Source of the DNA: Euprymna scolopes
Lineage: Eukaryota
Length of the DNA: 64,000 nucleotides
Assembly (NCBI GenBank): GCA_053919585.1
Contig: JBSSHM010000055.1
Reading direction: 5' to 3' (one strand)
The position numbers were made by a program, and so were the translations under genes. Below the pieces are notes generated by a model, which saw only the letters and a list, made by a program, of their open reading frames with translations, was not told the DNA's origin and searched no databases. Of this stretch, positions 39,301-54,570 are shown piece by piece (position 1 is the stretch's first letter; the number at the start of each line of letters is the position of its first letter).

Positions 39301-42300
39301 GTATTGATATCGTTTTAGTATTATTATGTTGAATAGAGAATAGCAGGATTATGTATTAATATCGTTTATGTATTGTTCTGTTGAATAGTGAATAGTCAGA
39401 TTATGTATTGATATCGTTTTTTTATTATTCTGTTGAATAGTGAATAGTCAGATTATGTATTGATATCGTTTTTGTATTATTCTGTTGAATAGTGAATAGT
39501 CAGATTATGTATTGATATCGTTTTTGTATTATTCTGTTGAATAGTGAATAGTCAGATTATGTATTGATATCGTTTTTGTATTATTCTGTTGAATAGTGAA
39601 TAGTCAGATTATTTATTGATATCGTTTTTGTATTTTTCTGTTGAATAGTGAATAGTCAGATTATGTATTGATATCATTGTTGTATTATTCTGTTGAATAG
39701 TGAATAGTCAGATTATGTATTGATATCGTTTTTGTATTTTTCTGTTGAATAGTGAATAGTCAGATTATGTATTGATATCGTTTTTGTATTTTTCTGTTGA
39801 ATAGTGAATAGTCAGATTATGTATTGATATCGTTTTTGTATTATTCCGTTGAATAGTGAATAGTAAGATTATGCGTTGATATCGTTTGTGTATTATTCCG
39901 TTGAATAGTGAATAGTCAGATTATGTATTGATATCGTTTTTGTATTATTCTGTTGAATAGTAAATAGTCAGATTATGTATTGATATCGTTTTTGTATTAT
40001 TCCGTTTAATAGTGAATAGTCAGATTATGTATTGATATCATTGTTGTATTATTCTGTTGAATAGTGAATAGTCAGTTTATGTATTGATATCGTTTTTGTA
40101 TTATTCTGTTAAATAGTGAATAGTCAGATTATGTATTGATATCGTTTTTGTATTTTTCCGTTGAATAGTGAATAGTCAGATTATGTATTGATATCGTTTT
40201 TGTATTATTCCTTTGAATAGTGAATAGTCAGATTATGTATTGATATCGTTTTTTTATTATTCTGTTGAATAGTGAATAGTCCGATTATGTATTGATATCG
40301 TTTTTGTATTATTTTGTTGAATAGTGAATAGTCAGATTATGTATTGATATCGTTTTTGTATTATTCTGTTGAATAGTGAATAGTCAGATTATGTATTGAT
40401 ATCGTTTTTGTATTATTCCGTTGAATAGTGAATAGTCAGATTATGTATTGATATCGTTTTAGTATTATTCCTTTGAATAGTGAATAGTCCGATTATGTAT
40501 TGATATCGTTTTTGTATTATTCCGTTGAATAGTGAATAGTCAGATTATGTATTGATATCGTTTTTTTATTATTCCTTGTAATAGTTAATAGTCCGAACAT
40601 ATATTGATATACTTGTTGTATTATTCTGTTGAATAGTGAATAGTCAGATTATGTATTAATATCGTTTTTGTATTATTCCTTTGAATAGTGAATAGTAAGA
40701 TTATGTATTGATATCGTTTTTGTATTATTCTGTTGAATAGTGAATAGTCCTATTATGTACTGATATCGGTTTTGTATTATTCTGTTGAATAGTGAATAGT
40801 CAGATTATGTATTGATATCGTTTTTGTATTATTCCGTTGAATAGTGAATAGTCAGATTATGTATTGATATCGTTTTTGTATTATTCCGTTGAATAGTGAA
40901 TAGTCAGATAATGTATTGATATCGTTTTTGTATTATTCTGTTGAATAGTGAATAGTCCGATTATGTATTGATATCGGTTTTGTATTATTCTGTTGAATAG
41001 TGTATAGTCAGGTTATGTATTGATATCGTTTTTGTATTATTCTGTTGAATAGTGAATAGTCCGATTATGTATTGATATCGGTTTTGTATTATTCTGTTGA
41101 ATAGTGAATAGTCAGATTATGTGTTGATATCTTTTTTGTATTATTCTGTTGAATAGTGAATAGCAAGATTATGTATTGATATCGTTTTTGTATTATTCTG
41201 TTGAATAGTGAATAGTCAGATTATGTATTGATATCGTTTTTGTATTATTATGTTGAATAGAGAATAGCAGGATTATGTATTAATATCGTTTTTGTATTGT
41301 TCTGTTGAATAGTGAATAGTCAGATTATGTATTGATATCGTTTTTTTATTATTCTGTTGAATAGTGAATAGTCAGATTATGTATTGATATCGTTTTTGTA
41401 TTATTCTGTTGAATAGTAAATAGTCAGATTATTTATTGATATCGTTTTTGTATTTTTCTGTTGAATAGTGAATAGTCAGATTATGTATTGATATCATTGT
41501 TGTATTATTCTGTTGAATAGTGAATAGTCAGATTATGTATTGATATCGTTTTTGTATTTTTCTGTTGAATAGTGAATAGTCAGATTATGTATTGATATCG
41601 TTTTTGTATTTTTCTGTTGAATAGTGAATAGTCAGATTATGTATTGATATCGTTTTTGTATTATTCCGTTGAATAGTGAATAGTAAGATTATGCGTTGAT
41701 ATCGTTTGTGTATTATTCCGTTGAATAGTGAATAGTCTGATTTTGTATTGATATCGTTTTTGTATTATTCCGTTGAATAGTGAATAGTCAGATTATGTAT
41801 TGATATCATTGTTGTATTATTCTGTTGAATAGTGAATAGTCAGTTTATGTATTGATATCGTTTTTGTATTATTCTGTTAAATAGTGAATAGTCAGATTAT
41901 GTATTGATATCGTTTTTGTATTTTTCCGTTGAATAGTGAATAGTCAGATTATGTATTGATATCGTTTTTGTATTATTCCTTTGAATAGTTAATAGTCAGA
42001 TTATGTATTGATATCGTTTTTTTATTATTCTGTTGAATAGTGAATAGTCCGATTATGTATTGATATCGTTGTTCTATTATTCTGTTGAATAGTGAATAGT
42101 CAGATTATGTATTGATATCGTTTTTGTATTATTCTGTTGAATAGTGAATAGTCCGATTATGTATTGATATCATTGTTGTATTATTCTGTTGAATAGTGAA
42201 TAGTCAGATTATGTATTGATATCGTTTTTGTATTATTCTGTTGAATAGTGAATAGTCAGATTATGTATTGATATCGTTTTTGTATTATTCTGTTGAATAG

Positions 42301-45300
42301 TGAATAGTCAGATTATGTATTGATATCGTTTTTGTATTATTCCGTTGAATAGTGAATAGTCAGATTATGTATTGATATCGTTTTAGTATTATTCCTTTGA
42401 ATAGTGAATAGTCCGATTATGTATTGATATCGTTTTTGTATTATTCCGTTAAATAGTGAATAGTCAGATTATGTATTGATATCGTTTTTTTATTATTCCT
42501 TGTAATAGTTAATAGTCCGAACATATATTGATATACTTGTTGTATTATTCTGTTGAATAGTGAATAGTCAGATTATGTATTAATATCGTTTTTGTATTAT
42601 TCCTTTGAATAGTGAATAGTAAGATTATGTATTGATATCGTTTTTGTATTATTCTGTTGAATAGTGAATAGTCCTATTATGTACTGATATCGGTTTTGTA
42701 TTATTCTGTTGAATAGTGAATAGTCAGATTATGTATTGATATCGTTTTTGTATTATTCCGTTGAATAGTGAATAGTCAGATTATGTATTGATATCGTTTT
42801 TGTATTATTCCGTTGAATAGTGAATAGTCAGATTATGTATTGATATCGTTTTTGTATTATTCTGTTTAATAGTGAATAGTCCGATTATGTATTGATATCG
42901 GTTTTGTATTATTCTGTTGAATAGTGTATAGTCAGATTATGTATTGATATCGTTTTTGTATTATTCTGTTGAATAGTGAATAGTCAGATTATGTGTTGAT
43001 ATCTTTTTTGTATTATTCTGTTGAATAGTGAATAGCAAGATTATGTATTGATATCGTTTTTGTATTATTCTGTTGAATAGTGAATAGTCAGATTATGTAT
43101 TGATATCGTTTTTGTATTATTATGTTGAATAGAGAATAGCAGGATTATGTATTAATATCGTTTTTGTATTGTTCTGTTGAATAGTGAATAGTCAGATTAT
43201 GTATTGATATCGTTTTTTTATTATTCTGTTGAATAGTGAATAGTCAGATTATGTATTGATATCGTTTTTGTATTATTCTGTTGAATAGTGAATAGTCAGA
43301 TTATGTATTGATGTCGTTTTTGTATTATTCTGTTGAATAGTGAATAGTCAGATTATGTATTGATATCGTTTTTGTATTATTCTGTTGAATAGTAAATAGT
43401 CAGATTATTTATTGATATCGTTTTTGTATTTTTCTGTTGAATAGTGAATAGTCAGATTATGTATTGATATCATTGTTGTATTATTCTGTTGAATAGTGAA
43501 TAGTCAGATTATGTATTGATATCGTTTTTGTATTTTTCTGTTGAATAGTGAATAGTCAGATTATGTATTGATATCGTTTTAGTATTTTTCTGTTGAATAG
43601 TGAATAGTCAGATTATGTATTGATATCGTTTTTGTATTATTCCGTTGAATAGTGAATAGTAAGATTATGCGTTGATATCGTTTGTGTATTATTCCGTTGA
43701 ATAGTGAATAGTACGATTATGTATTGATATCGTTTTTGTATTATTCCGTTGAATAGTGAATAGTCAGATTATGTATTGATATCATTGTTGTATTATTCTG
43801 TTGAATAGTGAATAGTCAGATTATGTATTGATATCGTTTTTGTATTATTCTGTTGAATAGTGAATAGTCAGATTATGTATTGATATCGTTTTTGTATTTT
43901 TCCGTTGAATAGTGAATAGTCAGATTATGTATTGATATCGTTTTTGTATTATTCCTTTGAATAGTGAATAGTCAGATTATGTATTGATATCGTTTTTTTA
44001 TTATTCTGTTGAATAGTGAATAGTCCGATTATGTATTGATATCGTTTTTGTATTATTCTGTTGAATAGTGAATAGTCAGATTATGTATTGATATCGTTTT
44101 TGTATTATTCTGTTGAATAGTGAATAGTCAGATTATGTATTGATATCGTTTTTGTATTATTCCGTTGAATAGTGAATAGTCAGATTATGTATTGATATCG
44201 TTTTAGTATTATTCCTTTGAATAGTGAATAGTCCGATTATGTATTGATATCGTTTTTGTATTATTCCGTTGAATAGTGAATAGTCAGATTATGTATTGAT
44301 ATCGTTTTTTTATTATTCCTTGTAATAGTTAATAGTCCGAACATATATTGATATACTTGTTGTATTATTCTGTTGAATAGTGAATAGTCAGATTATGTAT
44401 TAATATCGTTTTTGTATTATTCCTTTGAATAGTGAATAGTAAGATTATGTATTGATATCGTTTTTGTATTATTCTGTTGAATAGTGAATAGTCCTATTAT
44501 GTACTGATATCGGTTTTGTATTATTCTGTTGAATAGTGAATAGTCAGATTATGTATTGATATCGTTTTTGTATTATTCCGTTGAATAGTGAATAGTCAGA
44601 TTATGTATTGATATCGTTTTTGTATTATTCCGTTGAATAGTGAATAGTCAGATAATGTATTGATATCGTTTTTGTATTATTCTGTTGAATAGTGAATAGT
44701 CCGATTATGTATTGATATCGGTTTTGTATTATTCTGTTGAATAGTGTATAGTCAGATTATGTATTGATATCGTTTTTGTATTATTCTGTTGAATAGTGAA
44801 TAGTCCGATTATGTATTGATATCGGTTTTGTATTATTCTGTTGAATAGTGAATAGTCAGATTATGTGTTGATATCTTTTTTGTATTATTCTGTTGAATAG
44901 TGAATAGCAAGATTATGTATTGATATCGTTTTTGTATTATTCTGTTGAATAGTGAATAGTCAGATTATGTATTGATATCGTTTTTGTATTATTATGTTGA
45001 ATAGAGAATAGCAGGATTATGTATTAATATCGTTTTTGTATTGTTCTGTTGAATAGTGAATAGTCAGATTATGTATTGATATCGTTTTTTTATTATTCTG
45101 TTGAATAGTGAATAGTCAGATTATGTATTGATATCGTTTTTGTATTATTCTGTTGAATAGTAAATAGTCAGATTATTTATTGATATCGTTTTTGTATTTT
45201 TCTGTTGAATAGTGAATAGTCAGATCATGTATTGATATCATTGTTGTATTATTCTGTTGAATAGTGAATAGTCAGATTATGTATTGATATCGTTTTTGTA

Positions 45301-47900
45301 TTTTTCTGTTGAATAGTGAATAGTCAGATTATGTATTGATATCGTTTTTGTATTTTTCTGTTGAATAGTGAATAGTCAGATTATGTATTGATATCGTTTT
45401 TGTATTATTCCGTTGAATAGTGAATAGTAAGATTATGCGTTGATATCGTTTGTGTATTATTCCGTTGAATAGTGAATAGTCTGATTTTGTATTGATATCG
45501 TTTTTGTATTATTCCGTTGAATAGTGAATAGTCAGATTATGTATTGATATCATTGTTGTATTATTCTGTTGAATAGTGATAGTCAGTTTATGTATTGATA
45601 TCGTTTTTGTATTATTCTGTTAAATAGTGAATAGTCAGATTATGTATTGATATCGTTTTTGTATTTTTCCGTTGAATAGTGAATAGTCAGATTATGTATT
45701 GATATCGTTTTTGTATTATTCCTTTGAATAGTTAATAGTCAGATTATGTATTGATATCGTTTTTTTATTATTCTGTTGAATAGTGAATAGTCCGATTATG
45801 TATTGATATCGTTGTTCTATTATTCTGTTGAATAGTGAATAGTCAGATTATGTATTGATATCGTTTTTGTATTATTCTGTTGAATAGTGAATAGTCCGAT
45901 TATGTATTGATATCATTGTTGTATTATTCTGTTGAATAGTGAATAGTCAGATTATGTATTGATATCGTTTTTGTATTATTCTGTTGAATAGTGAATAGTC
46001 AGATTATGTATTGATATCGTTTTTGTATTATTCTGTTGAATAGTGAATAGTCAGATTATGTATTGATATCGTTTTTGTATTATTCCGTTGAATAGTGAAT
46101 AGTCAGATTATGTATTGATATCGTTTTAGTATTATTCCTTTGAATAGTGAATAGTCCGATTATGTATTGATATCGTTTTTGTATTATTCCGTTAAATAGT
46201 GAATAGTCAGATTATGTATTGATATCGTTTTTTTATTATTCCTTGTAATAGTTAATAGTCCGAACATATATTGATATACTTGTTGTATTATTCTGTTGAA
46301 TAGTGAATAGTCAGATTATGTATTAATATCGTTTTTGTATTATTCCTTTGAATAGTGAATAGTAAGATTATGTATTGATATCGTTTTTGTATTATTCTGT
46401 TGAATAGTGAATAGTCCTATTATGTACTGATATCGGTTTTGTATTATTCTGTTGAATAGTGAATAGTCAGATTATGTATTGATATCGTTTTTGTATTATT
46501 CCGTTGAATAGTGAATAGTCAGATTATGTATTGATATCGTTTTTGTATTATTCCGTTGAATAGTGAATAGTCAGATTATGTATTGATATCGTTTTTGTAT
46601 TATTCTGTTTAATAGTGAATAGTCCGATTATGTATTGATATCGGTTTTGTATTATTCTGTTGAATAGTGTATAGTCAGATTATGTATTGATATCGTTTTT
46701 GTATTATTCTGTTGAATAGTGAATAGTCAGATTATGTGTTGATATCTTTTTTGTATTATTCTGTTGAATAGTGAATAGCAAGATTATGTATTGATATCGT
46801 TTTTGTATTATTCTGTTGAATAGTGAATAGTCAGATTATGTATTGATATCGTTTTTGTATTATTATGTTGAATAGAGAATAGCAGGATTATGTATTAATA
46901 TCGTTTTTGTATTGTTCTGTTGAATAGTGAATAGTCAGATTATGTATTGATATCGTTTTTTTATTATTCTGTTGAATAGTGAATAGTCAGATTATGTATT
47001 GATATCGTTTTTGTATTATTCTGTTGAATAGTGAATAGTCAGATTATGTATTGATGTCGTTTTTGTATTATTCTGTTGAATAGTGAATAGTCAGATTATG
47101 TATTGATATCGTTTTTGTATTATTCTGTTGAATAGTAAATAGTCAGATTATTTATTGATATCGTTTTTGTATTTTTCTGTTGAATAGTGAATAGTCAGAT
47201 TATGTATTGATATCATTGTTGTATTATTCTGTTGAATAGTGAATAGTCAGATTATGTATTGATATCGTTTTTGTATTTTTCTGTTGAATAGTGAATAGTC
47301 AGATTATGTATTGATATCGTTTTAGTATTTTTCTGTTGAATAGTGAATAGTCAGATTATGTATTGATATCGTTTTTGTATTATTCCGTTGAATAGTGAAT
47401 AGTAAGATTATGCGTTGATATCGTTTGTGTATTATTCCGTTGAATAGTGAATAGTACGATTATGTATTGATATCGTTTTTGTATTATTCCGTTGAATAGT
47501 GAATAGTCAGATTATGTATTGATATCATTGTTGTATTATTCTGTTGAATAGTGAATAGTCAGATTATGTATTGATATCGTTTTTGTATTATTCTGTTGAA
47601 TAGTGAATAGTCAGATTATGTATTGATATCGTTTTTGTATTTTTCCGTTGAATAGTGAATAGTCAGATTATGTATTGATATCGTTTTTGTATTATTCCTT
47701 TGAATAGTGAATAGTCAGATTATGTATTGATATCGTTTTTTTATTATTCTGTTGAATAGTGAATAGTCCGATTATGTATTGATATCGTTGTTCTATTATT
47801 CTGTTGAATAGTGAATAGTCAGATTATGTATTGATATCGTTTTTGTATTATTCTGTTGAATAGTGAATAGTCCGATTATGTATTGATATCGTTTTTGTAT
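39295..47900 (+). repeat. Approximately 36-monomer (1.87 kb) higher-order repeat, about 4.6 copies, with a 72-monomer (3.74 kb) super-period
   Basis: TATGTTGAATAGAGAATAGCAGG with its GAATAGAG at 39331, 41255, 43127, 44999 and 46870. GTCCGAACATATATTGATATACTTG at 40591, 42515, 44335 and 46258. Some markers occur only in alternate copies, at offset 3,743-3,744. Confidence 0.93.
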
Positions 47901-48219
47901 TATTCTGTTGAAAAGTGAATAATCCGATTATGTATTGATATCATTGTTGTATTATTCTGTTGAATAGTGAATAGTCAGATTATGTATTGATATCGTTTTT
48001 GTATTATTCTGTTGAATAGTGAATAGTCAGACTATGTATTGATATCGTTTTTGTATTATTCTGTTGAATAGTGAATAGTCAGATTATGTATTGATATCAT
48101 TGTTGTATTATTCTGTTGAATAGTGAATAGTCAGATTATGTATTGATATCGTTTTTGTATTTTTCTGTTGAATAGTGAATAGTCAGATTATGTATTGATA
48201 TCGTTTTTGTATTATTCCG

Positions 48220-51200
48220 TTGAATAGTGAATAGTCAGATTATGTATTGATATCGTTTTTTTATTATTCCTTTGAATAGTGAATAGTCCGAATATGTATT
48301 GATATCATTGTTGTATTATTCTGTTGAATAGTGAATAGTAAGATTATGTATTAATATCGTTTTTTTATTATTCCTTTGAATAGTGAATAGTCCGAATATG
48401 TATTGATATCATTGTTGTATTATTCCGTTGAATAGTGAATAGTAAGATTATGTATTAATATCGTTTTTTTATTATTCCTTTGAATAGTGAATAGTAAGAT
48501 TATGTATTGATATCGTTTTTGTATTATTCTGTTGAATGATGAATAGTCAGATTATGTGTTGATATCGTTTTTGTATTATTCTGTTGAATAGTGAATAGCA
48601 AGATTATGTATTGATATCGTTTTTGTATTATTCTGTTGAATAGTGAATAGTCAGATTATGTATTGATATCGTTTTTGTATTATTCTGTTGAATAGAGAAT
48701 AGCAGGATTATGTATTAATATCGTTTTTGTATTATTCTGTTGAATAGTGAATAGTCATATTATGTATTGATATCGTTTTTTTATTATTCTGTTGAATAGT
48801 GAATAGTCAGATTATGTATTGATATCGTTTTTGTATTATTCTGTTGAATAGTGAATAGTCAGATTATGTATTGATATCGTTTTTCTATTATTCTGTTGAA
48901 TAGTGAATAGTCAGATTATGTATTGATATCGTTTTTGTATTATTCTGTTGAATAGTAAATAGTCAGATTATGTATTGATATCGTTTTTGTATTTTTCTGT
49001 TGAATAGTGAATAGTCAGATTATGTATTGATATCGTATTTGTATTTTTCTGTTGAATAGTGAATAGTCAGATTATGTATTGATATCATTGTTGTATTTTT
49101 CTGTTGAATAGTGAATAGTCAGATTATGTATTGATATCGTTTTTGTATTATTCCGTTGAATAGTGAATAGTAAAATTATGTATTGATATCGTTTTTGTAT
49201 TATTCTGTTGAATAGTAAATAGTCAGATTATGTATTGATATCGTTTTTGTATTATTCTGTTGAATAGTGAATAGTCCGATTATGTATTGATATCGGTTTT
49301 GTATTATTCTGTTGAATAGTGAATAGTCAGATTATGTATTGATATCGTTTTTGTATTATTCTGTTGAATAGTGAATATCAGATTATGTATTGATATCGTT
49401 TTTGTATTATTCTGTTGAATAGAGAATAGCAGGATTATGTATCAATATCGTTTTTGTATTATTCTGTTGAATAGTGAATAGTCAGATTATGTATTGATAT
49501 CGTTTTTTTATTATTCTGTTGAATAGTGAATAGTCAGATTATGTATTGATATCGTTGTTGTATTATTCTGTTGAATAGTGAATAGTCAGATTATGTATTG
49601 ATATCGTTTTTGTATTATTCCGTTGAATAGTGAATAGTCAGATTATGTATTGATATCGTTTTTGTATTATTCCGTTGAATAGTGAATAGTCAGATTATGT
49701 ATTGATATCGTTTTTGTATTATTCTGTTGAATAGTGAATAGTCAGATTATGTATTGATATCTTTTTTGTATTATTCTGTTGAATAGTGAATAGTCAGATT
49801 ATGTATTGATATCGTTTTTGTATTTTTCTGTTGAATAGTGAATAGTCAGATTATGTATTGATATCATTGTTGTATTATTCTGTTGAATAGTGAATAGTCA
49901 GATTATGTATTGATATCGTTTTTGTATTATTCTGTTGAATAGTGAATAGTCAGATTATGTATTGATATCGTTTTTGTATTATTCTGTTGAATAGTGAATA
50001 GCAAGATTATGTATTAATATCTTTTTTGTATTATTCTGTTGAATAGTGAATAAACAGATTATGTGTTGATATCGTTTTTGTATTTTTCTGTTGAATAGTG
50101 AATAGTCAGATTATGTATTGATATCGTTTTTGTATTATTCCGTTGAATAGTGAATAGCAAGATTATGTATTGATATCGTTTTTGTATTATTCTGTTGAAT
50201 AGTGAATAGTCAGATTATGTATTGATATCGTTTTTGTATTATTCTTTTGAATAGTGAATACCAAGATTATGTATTGATATCGTTTTTGTATTATTCTGTT
50301 GAATAGTGAATAGTCAGATTATGTATTGATATCGTTTTTGTATTATTCTGTTGAATAGAGAATAGCAGGATTATGTATTAATATCGTTTTTGTATTATTC
50401 TGTTGAATAGTGAATATTCAGATTATGTATTGATATCGTTTTTTTATTATTCTGTTGAATAGTGAATAGTCAGATTATGTATTGATATCGTTTTTGTATT
50501 ATTCCGTTGAATAGTGAATAGTCAGATTATGTATTGATATTATTTTTGTATTATTCCGTTGAATAGTGAATAGTCAGATTATGTATTGATATCGTTTTTG
50601 TATTATTCTGTTGAATAGTGAATAGTCAGATTATTTATTGATATCTTTTTTGTATTATTCTGTTGAATAGTGAATAGTCAGATTATGTATTGATATCGTT
50701 TTTGTATTTTTCTGTTGAATAGTAAATAGTCAGATTATGTATTGATATTGTTTTTGTATTATTCTGTTGAATAGTGAATAGTCAGATTATGTATTGATAT
50801 CGTTTTTGTATTATTCTGTTGAATAGTGAATAGTCAGATTATGTATTGATATCGTTTTTGTATTATTCTGTTGAATAGTGAATAGTCAGATTATGTATTG
50901 ATATCGTTTTTGTATTATTCTGTTGAATAGTGAATAGCAAGATTATGTATTAATATCGTTTTTGTATTATTCTGTTGAATAGTAAATAGTCAGATTATGT
51001 ATTGATATCATTTTTGTATTATTCCGTTGAATAGTGAATAGTCAGAAATGTGTGTCGATATCGTTCTTGTATTATTCTGTTGAATAGTGAATAGTCAGAT
51101 TATGTATTGATATCGTTTGGGTATAATTCTGTTGAATAGTAAATAGTCAGATTATGTATTGATATCGTTTTTTTATTATTCCTTTGAATAGTGAATAGCA

Positions 51201-54200
51201 AGATTATGTATTGATATCGTTTTTGTATTATTCTGTTGAATAGTGAATAGTCAGATTATGTATTGATATCATTGTTGTATTATTCTGTTGAATAGTGAAT
51301 AGCAAGATTATTCATTGATATCGTTTTTGTATTATTCTGTTGAATAGTGAATAATCAGATTATGTATTGATATCGTTTTTGTATTATTCTGTTGAATAGT
51401 GAATAGTCAGATTATGTATTGATATCGTTTTTGTATTATTCTGTTGAATAGTGAATAGTCAGATTATGTATTGATATCGTTTTTATATTATTCTGTTGAA
51501 TAGTGAATGGTAAGATTATGTATTGATATCGTTTTTGTATTATTCCGTTGAATAGTGAATCGTCAGATTATGTATTGATATCGTTTGTGTATTATTCCGT
51601 TGAATAGTGAATAGTCAGATTATGTATTGATATCGTTTTTTTATTATTCCTTTGAATAGTGAATAGTCCGAATATGTATTGATATCATTGTTGTATTATT
51701 CTGTTGAATAGTGAATAGTAAGATTATGTATTAATATCGTTTTTTTATTATTCCTTTGAATAGTGAATAGTCCGAATATGTATTGATATCATTGTTGTAT
51801 TATTCCGTTGAATAGTGAATAGTAAGATTATGTATTAATATCGTTTTTTTATTATTCCTTTGAATAGTGAATAGTAAGATTATGTATTGATATCGTTTTT
51901 GTATTATTCTGTTGAATGATGAATAGTCAGATTATGTGTTGATATCGTTTTTGTATTATTCTGTTGAATAGTGAATAGCAAGATTATGTATTGATATCGT
52001 TTTTGTATTATTCTGTTGAATAGTGAATAGTCAGATTATGTATTGATATCGTTTTTGTATTATTCTGTTGAATAGAGAATAGCAGGATTATGTATTAATA
52101 TCGTTTTTGTATTATTCTGTTGAATAGTGAATAGTCATATTATGTATTGATATCGTTTTTTTATTATTCTGTTGAATAGTGAATAGTCAGATTATGTATT
52201 GATATCGTTTTTGTATTATTCTGTTGAATAGTGAATAGTCAGATTATGTATTGATATCGTTTTTCTATTATTCTGTTGAATAGTGAATAGTCAGATTATG
52301 TATTGATATCGTTTTTGTATTATTCTGTTGAATAGTAAATAGTCAGATTATGTATTGATATCGTTTTTGTATTTTTCTGTTGAATAGTGAATAGTCAGAT
52401 TATGTATTGATATCGTATTTGTATTTTTCTGTTGAATAGTGAATAGTCAGATTATGTATTGATATCATTGTTGTATTTTTCTGTTGAATAGTGAATAGTC
52501 AGATTATGTATTGATATCGTTTTTGTATTATTCCGTTGAATAGTGAATAGTAAAATTATGTATTGATATCGTTTTTGTATTATTCTGTTGAATAGTAAAT
52601 AGTCAGATTATGTATTGATATCGTTTTTGTATTATTCTGTTGAATAGTGAATAGTCCGATTATGTATTGATATCGGTTTTGTATTATTCTGTTGAATAGT
52701 GAATAGTCAGATTATGTATTGATATCGTTTTTGTATTATTCTGTTGAATAGTGAATATCAGATTATGTATTGATATCGTTTTTGTATTATTCTGTTGAAT
52801 AGAGAATAGCAGGATTATGTATCAATATCGTTTTTGTATTATTCTGTTGAATAGTGAATAGTCAGATTATGTATTGATATCGTTTTTTTATTATTCTGTT
52901 GAATAGTGAATAGTCAGATTATGTATTGATATCGTTGTTGTATTATTCTGTTGAATAGTGAATAGTCAGATTATGTATTGATATCGTTTTTGTATTATTC
53001 CGTTGAATAGTGAATAGTCAGATTATGTATTGATATCGTTTTTGTATTATTCCGTTGAATAGTGAATAGTCAGATTATGTATTGATATCGTTTTTTTATT
53101 ATTCTGTTGAATAGTGAATAGTCAGATTATGTATTGATATCTTTTTTGTATTATTCTGTTGAATAGTGAATAGTCAGATTATGTATTGATATCGTTTTTG
53201 TATTTTTCTGTTGAATAGTGAATAGTCAGATTATGTATTGATATCATTGTTGTATTATTCTGTTGAATAGTGAATAGTCAGATTATGTATTGATATCGTT
53301 TTTGTATTATTCTGTTGAATAGTGAATAGTCAGATTATGTATTGATATCGTTTTTGTATTATTCTGTTGAATAGTGAATAGCAAGATTATGTATTAATAT
53401 CTTTTTTGTATTATTCTGTTGAATAGTGAATAAACAGATTATGTGTTGATATCGTTTTTGTATTTTTCTGTTGAATAGTGAATAGTCAGATTATGTATTG
53501 ATATCGTTTTTGTATTATTCCGTTGAATAGTGAATAGCAAGATTATGTATTGATATCGTTTTTGTATTATTCTGTTGAATAGTGAATAGTCAGATTATGT
53601 ATTGATATCGTTTTTGTATTATTCTTTTGAATAGTGAATACCAAGATTATGTATTGATATCGTTTTTGTATTATTCTGTTGAATAGTGAATAGTCAGATT
53701 ATGTATTGATATCGTTTTTGTATTATTCTGTTGAATAGAGAATAGCAGGATTATGTATTAATATCGTTTTTGTATTATTCTGTTGAATAGTGAATATTCA
53801 GATTATGTATTGATATCGTTTTTTTATTATTCTGTTGAATAGTGAATAGTCAGATTATGTATTGATATCGTTTTTGTATTATTCCGTTGAATAGTGAATA
53901 GTCAGATTATGTATTGATATCGTTTTTGTATTATTCCGTTGAATAGTGAATAGTCAGATTATGTATTGATATCGTTTTTGTATTATTCTGTTGAATAGTG
54001 AATAGTCAGATTATTTATTGATATCTTTTTTGTATTATTCTGTTGAATAGTGAATAGTCAGATTATGTATTGATATCGTTTTTGTATTTTTCTGTTGAAT
54101 AGTAAATAGTCAGATTATGTATTGATATCGTTTTTTTATTATTCCTTTGAATAGTGAATAGCAAGATTATGTATTGATATCGTTTTTGTATTATTCTGTT

Positions 54201-54570
54201 GAATAGTGAATAGTCAGATTATGTATTGATATCATTGTTGTATTATTCTGTTGAATAGTGAATAGCAAGATTATTCATTGATATCGTTTTTGTATTATTC
54301 TGTTGAATAGTGAATAATCAGATTATGTATTGATATCGTTTTTGTATTATTCTGTTGAATAGTGAATAGTCAGATTATGTATTGATATCGTTTTTGTATT
54401 ATTCTGTTGAATAGTGAATAGTCAGATTATGTATTGATATCGTTTTTATATTATTCTGTTGAATAGTGAATGGTAAGATTATGTATTGATATCGTTTTTG
54501 TATTATTCCGTTGAATAGTGAATCGTCAGATTATGTATTGATATCGTTTGTGTATTATTCCGTTGAATAG
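48220..54570 (+). repeat. Tandem segment duplication with a 65-monomer period (3,380 bp); second copy lacks 8 monomers
   Basis: GTTGAATGAT 48531/51911, GTGAATATCA 49371/52751, TAAACAGATT 50051/53431, CCAAGATT 50261/53641. At 54121 the second copy jumps from the equivalent of 50741 to that of 51158 (417 bp). Confidence 0.92.
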
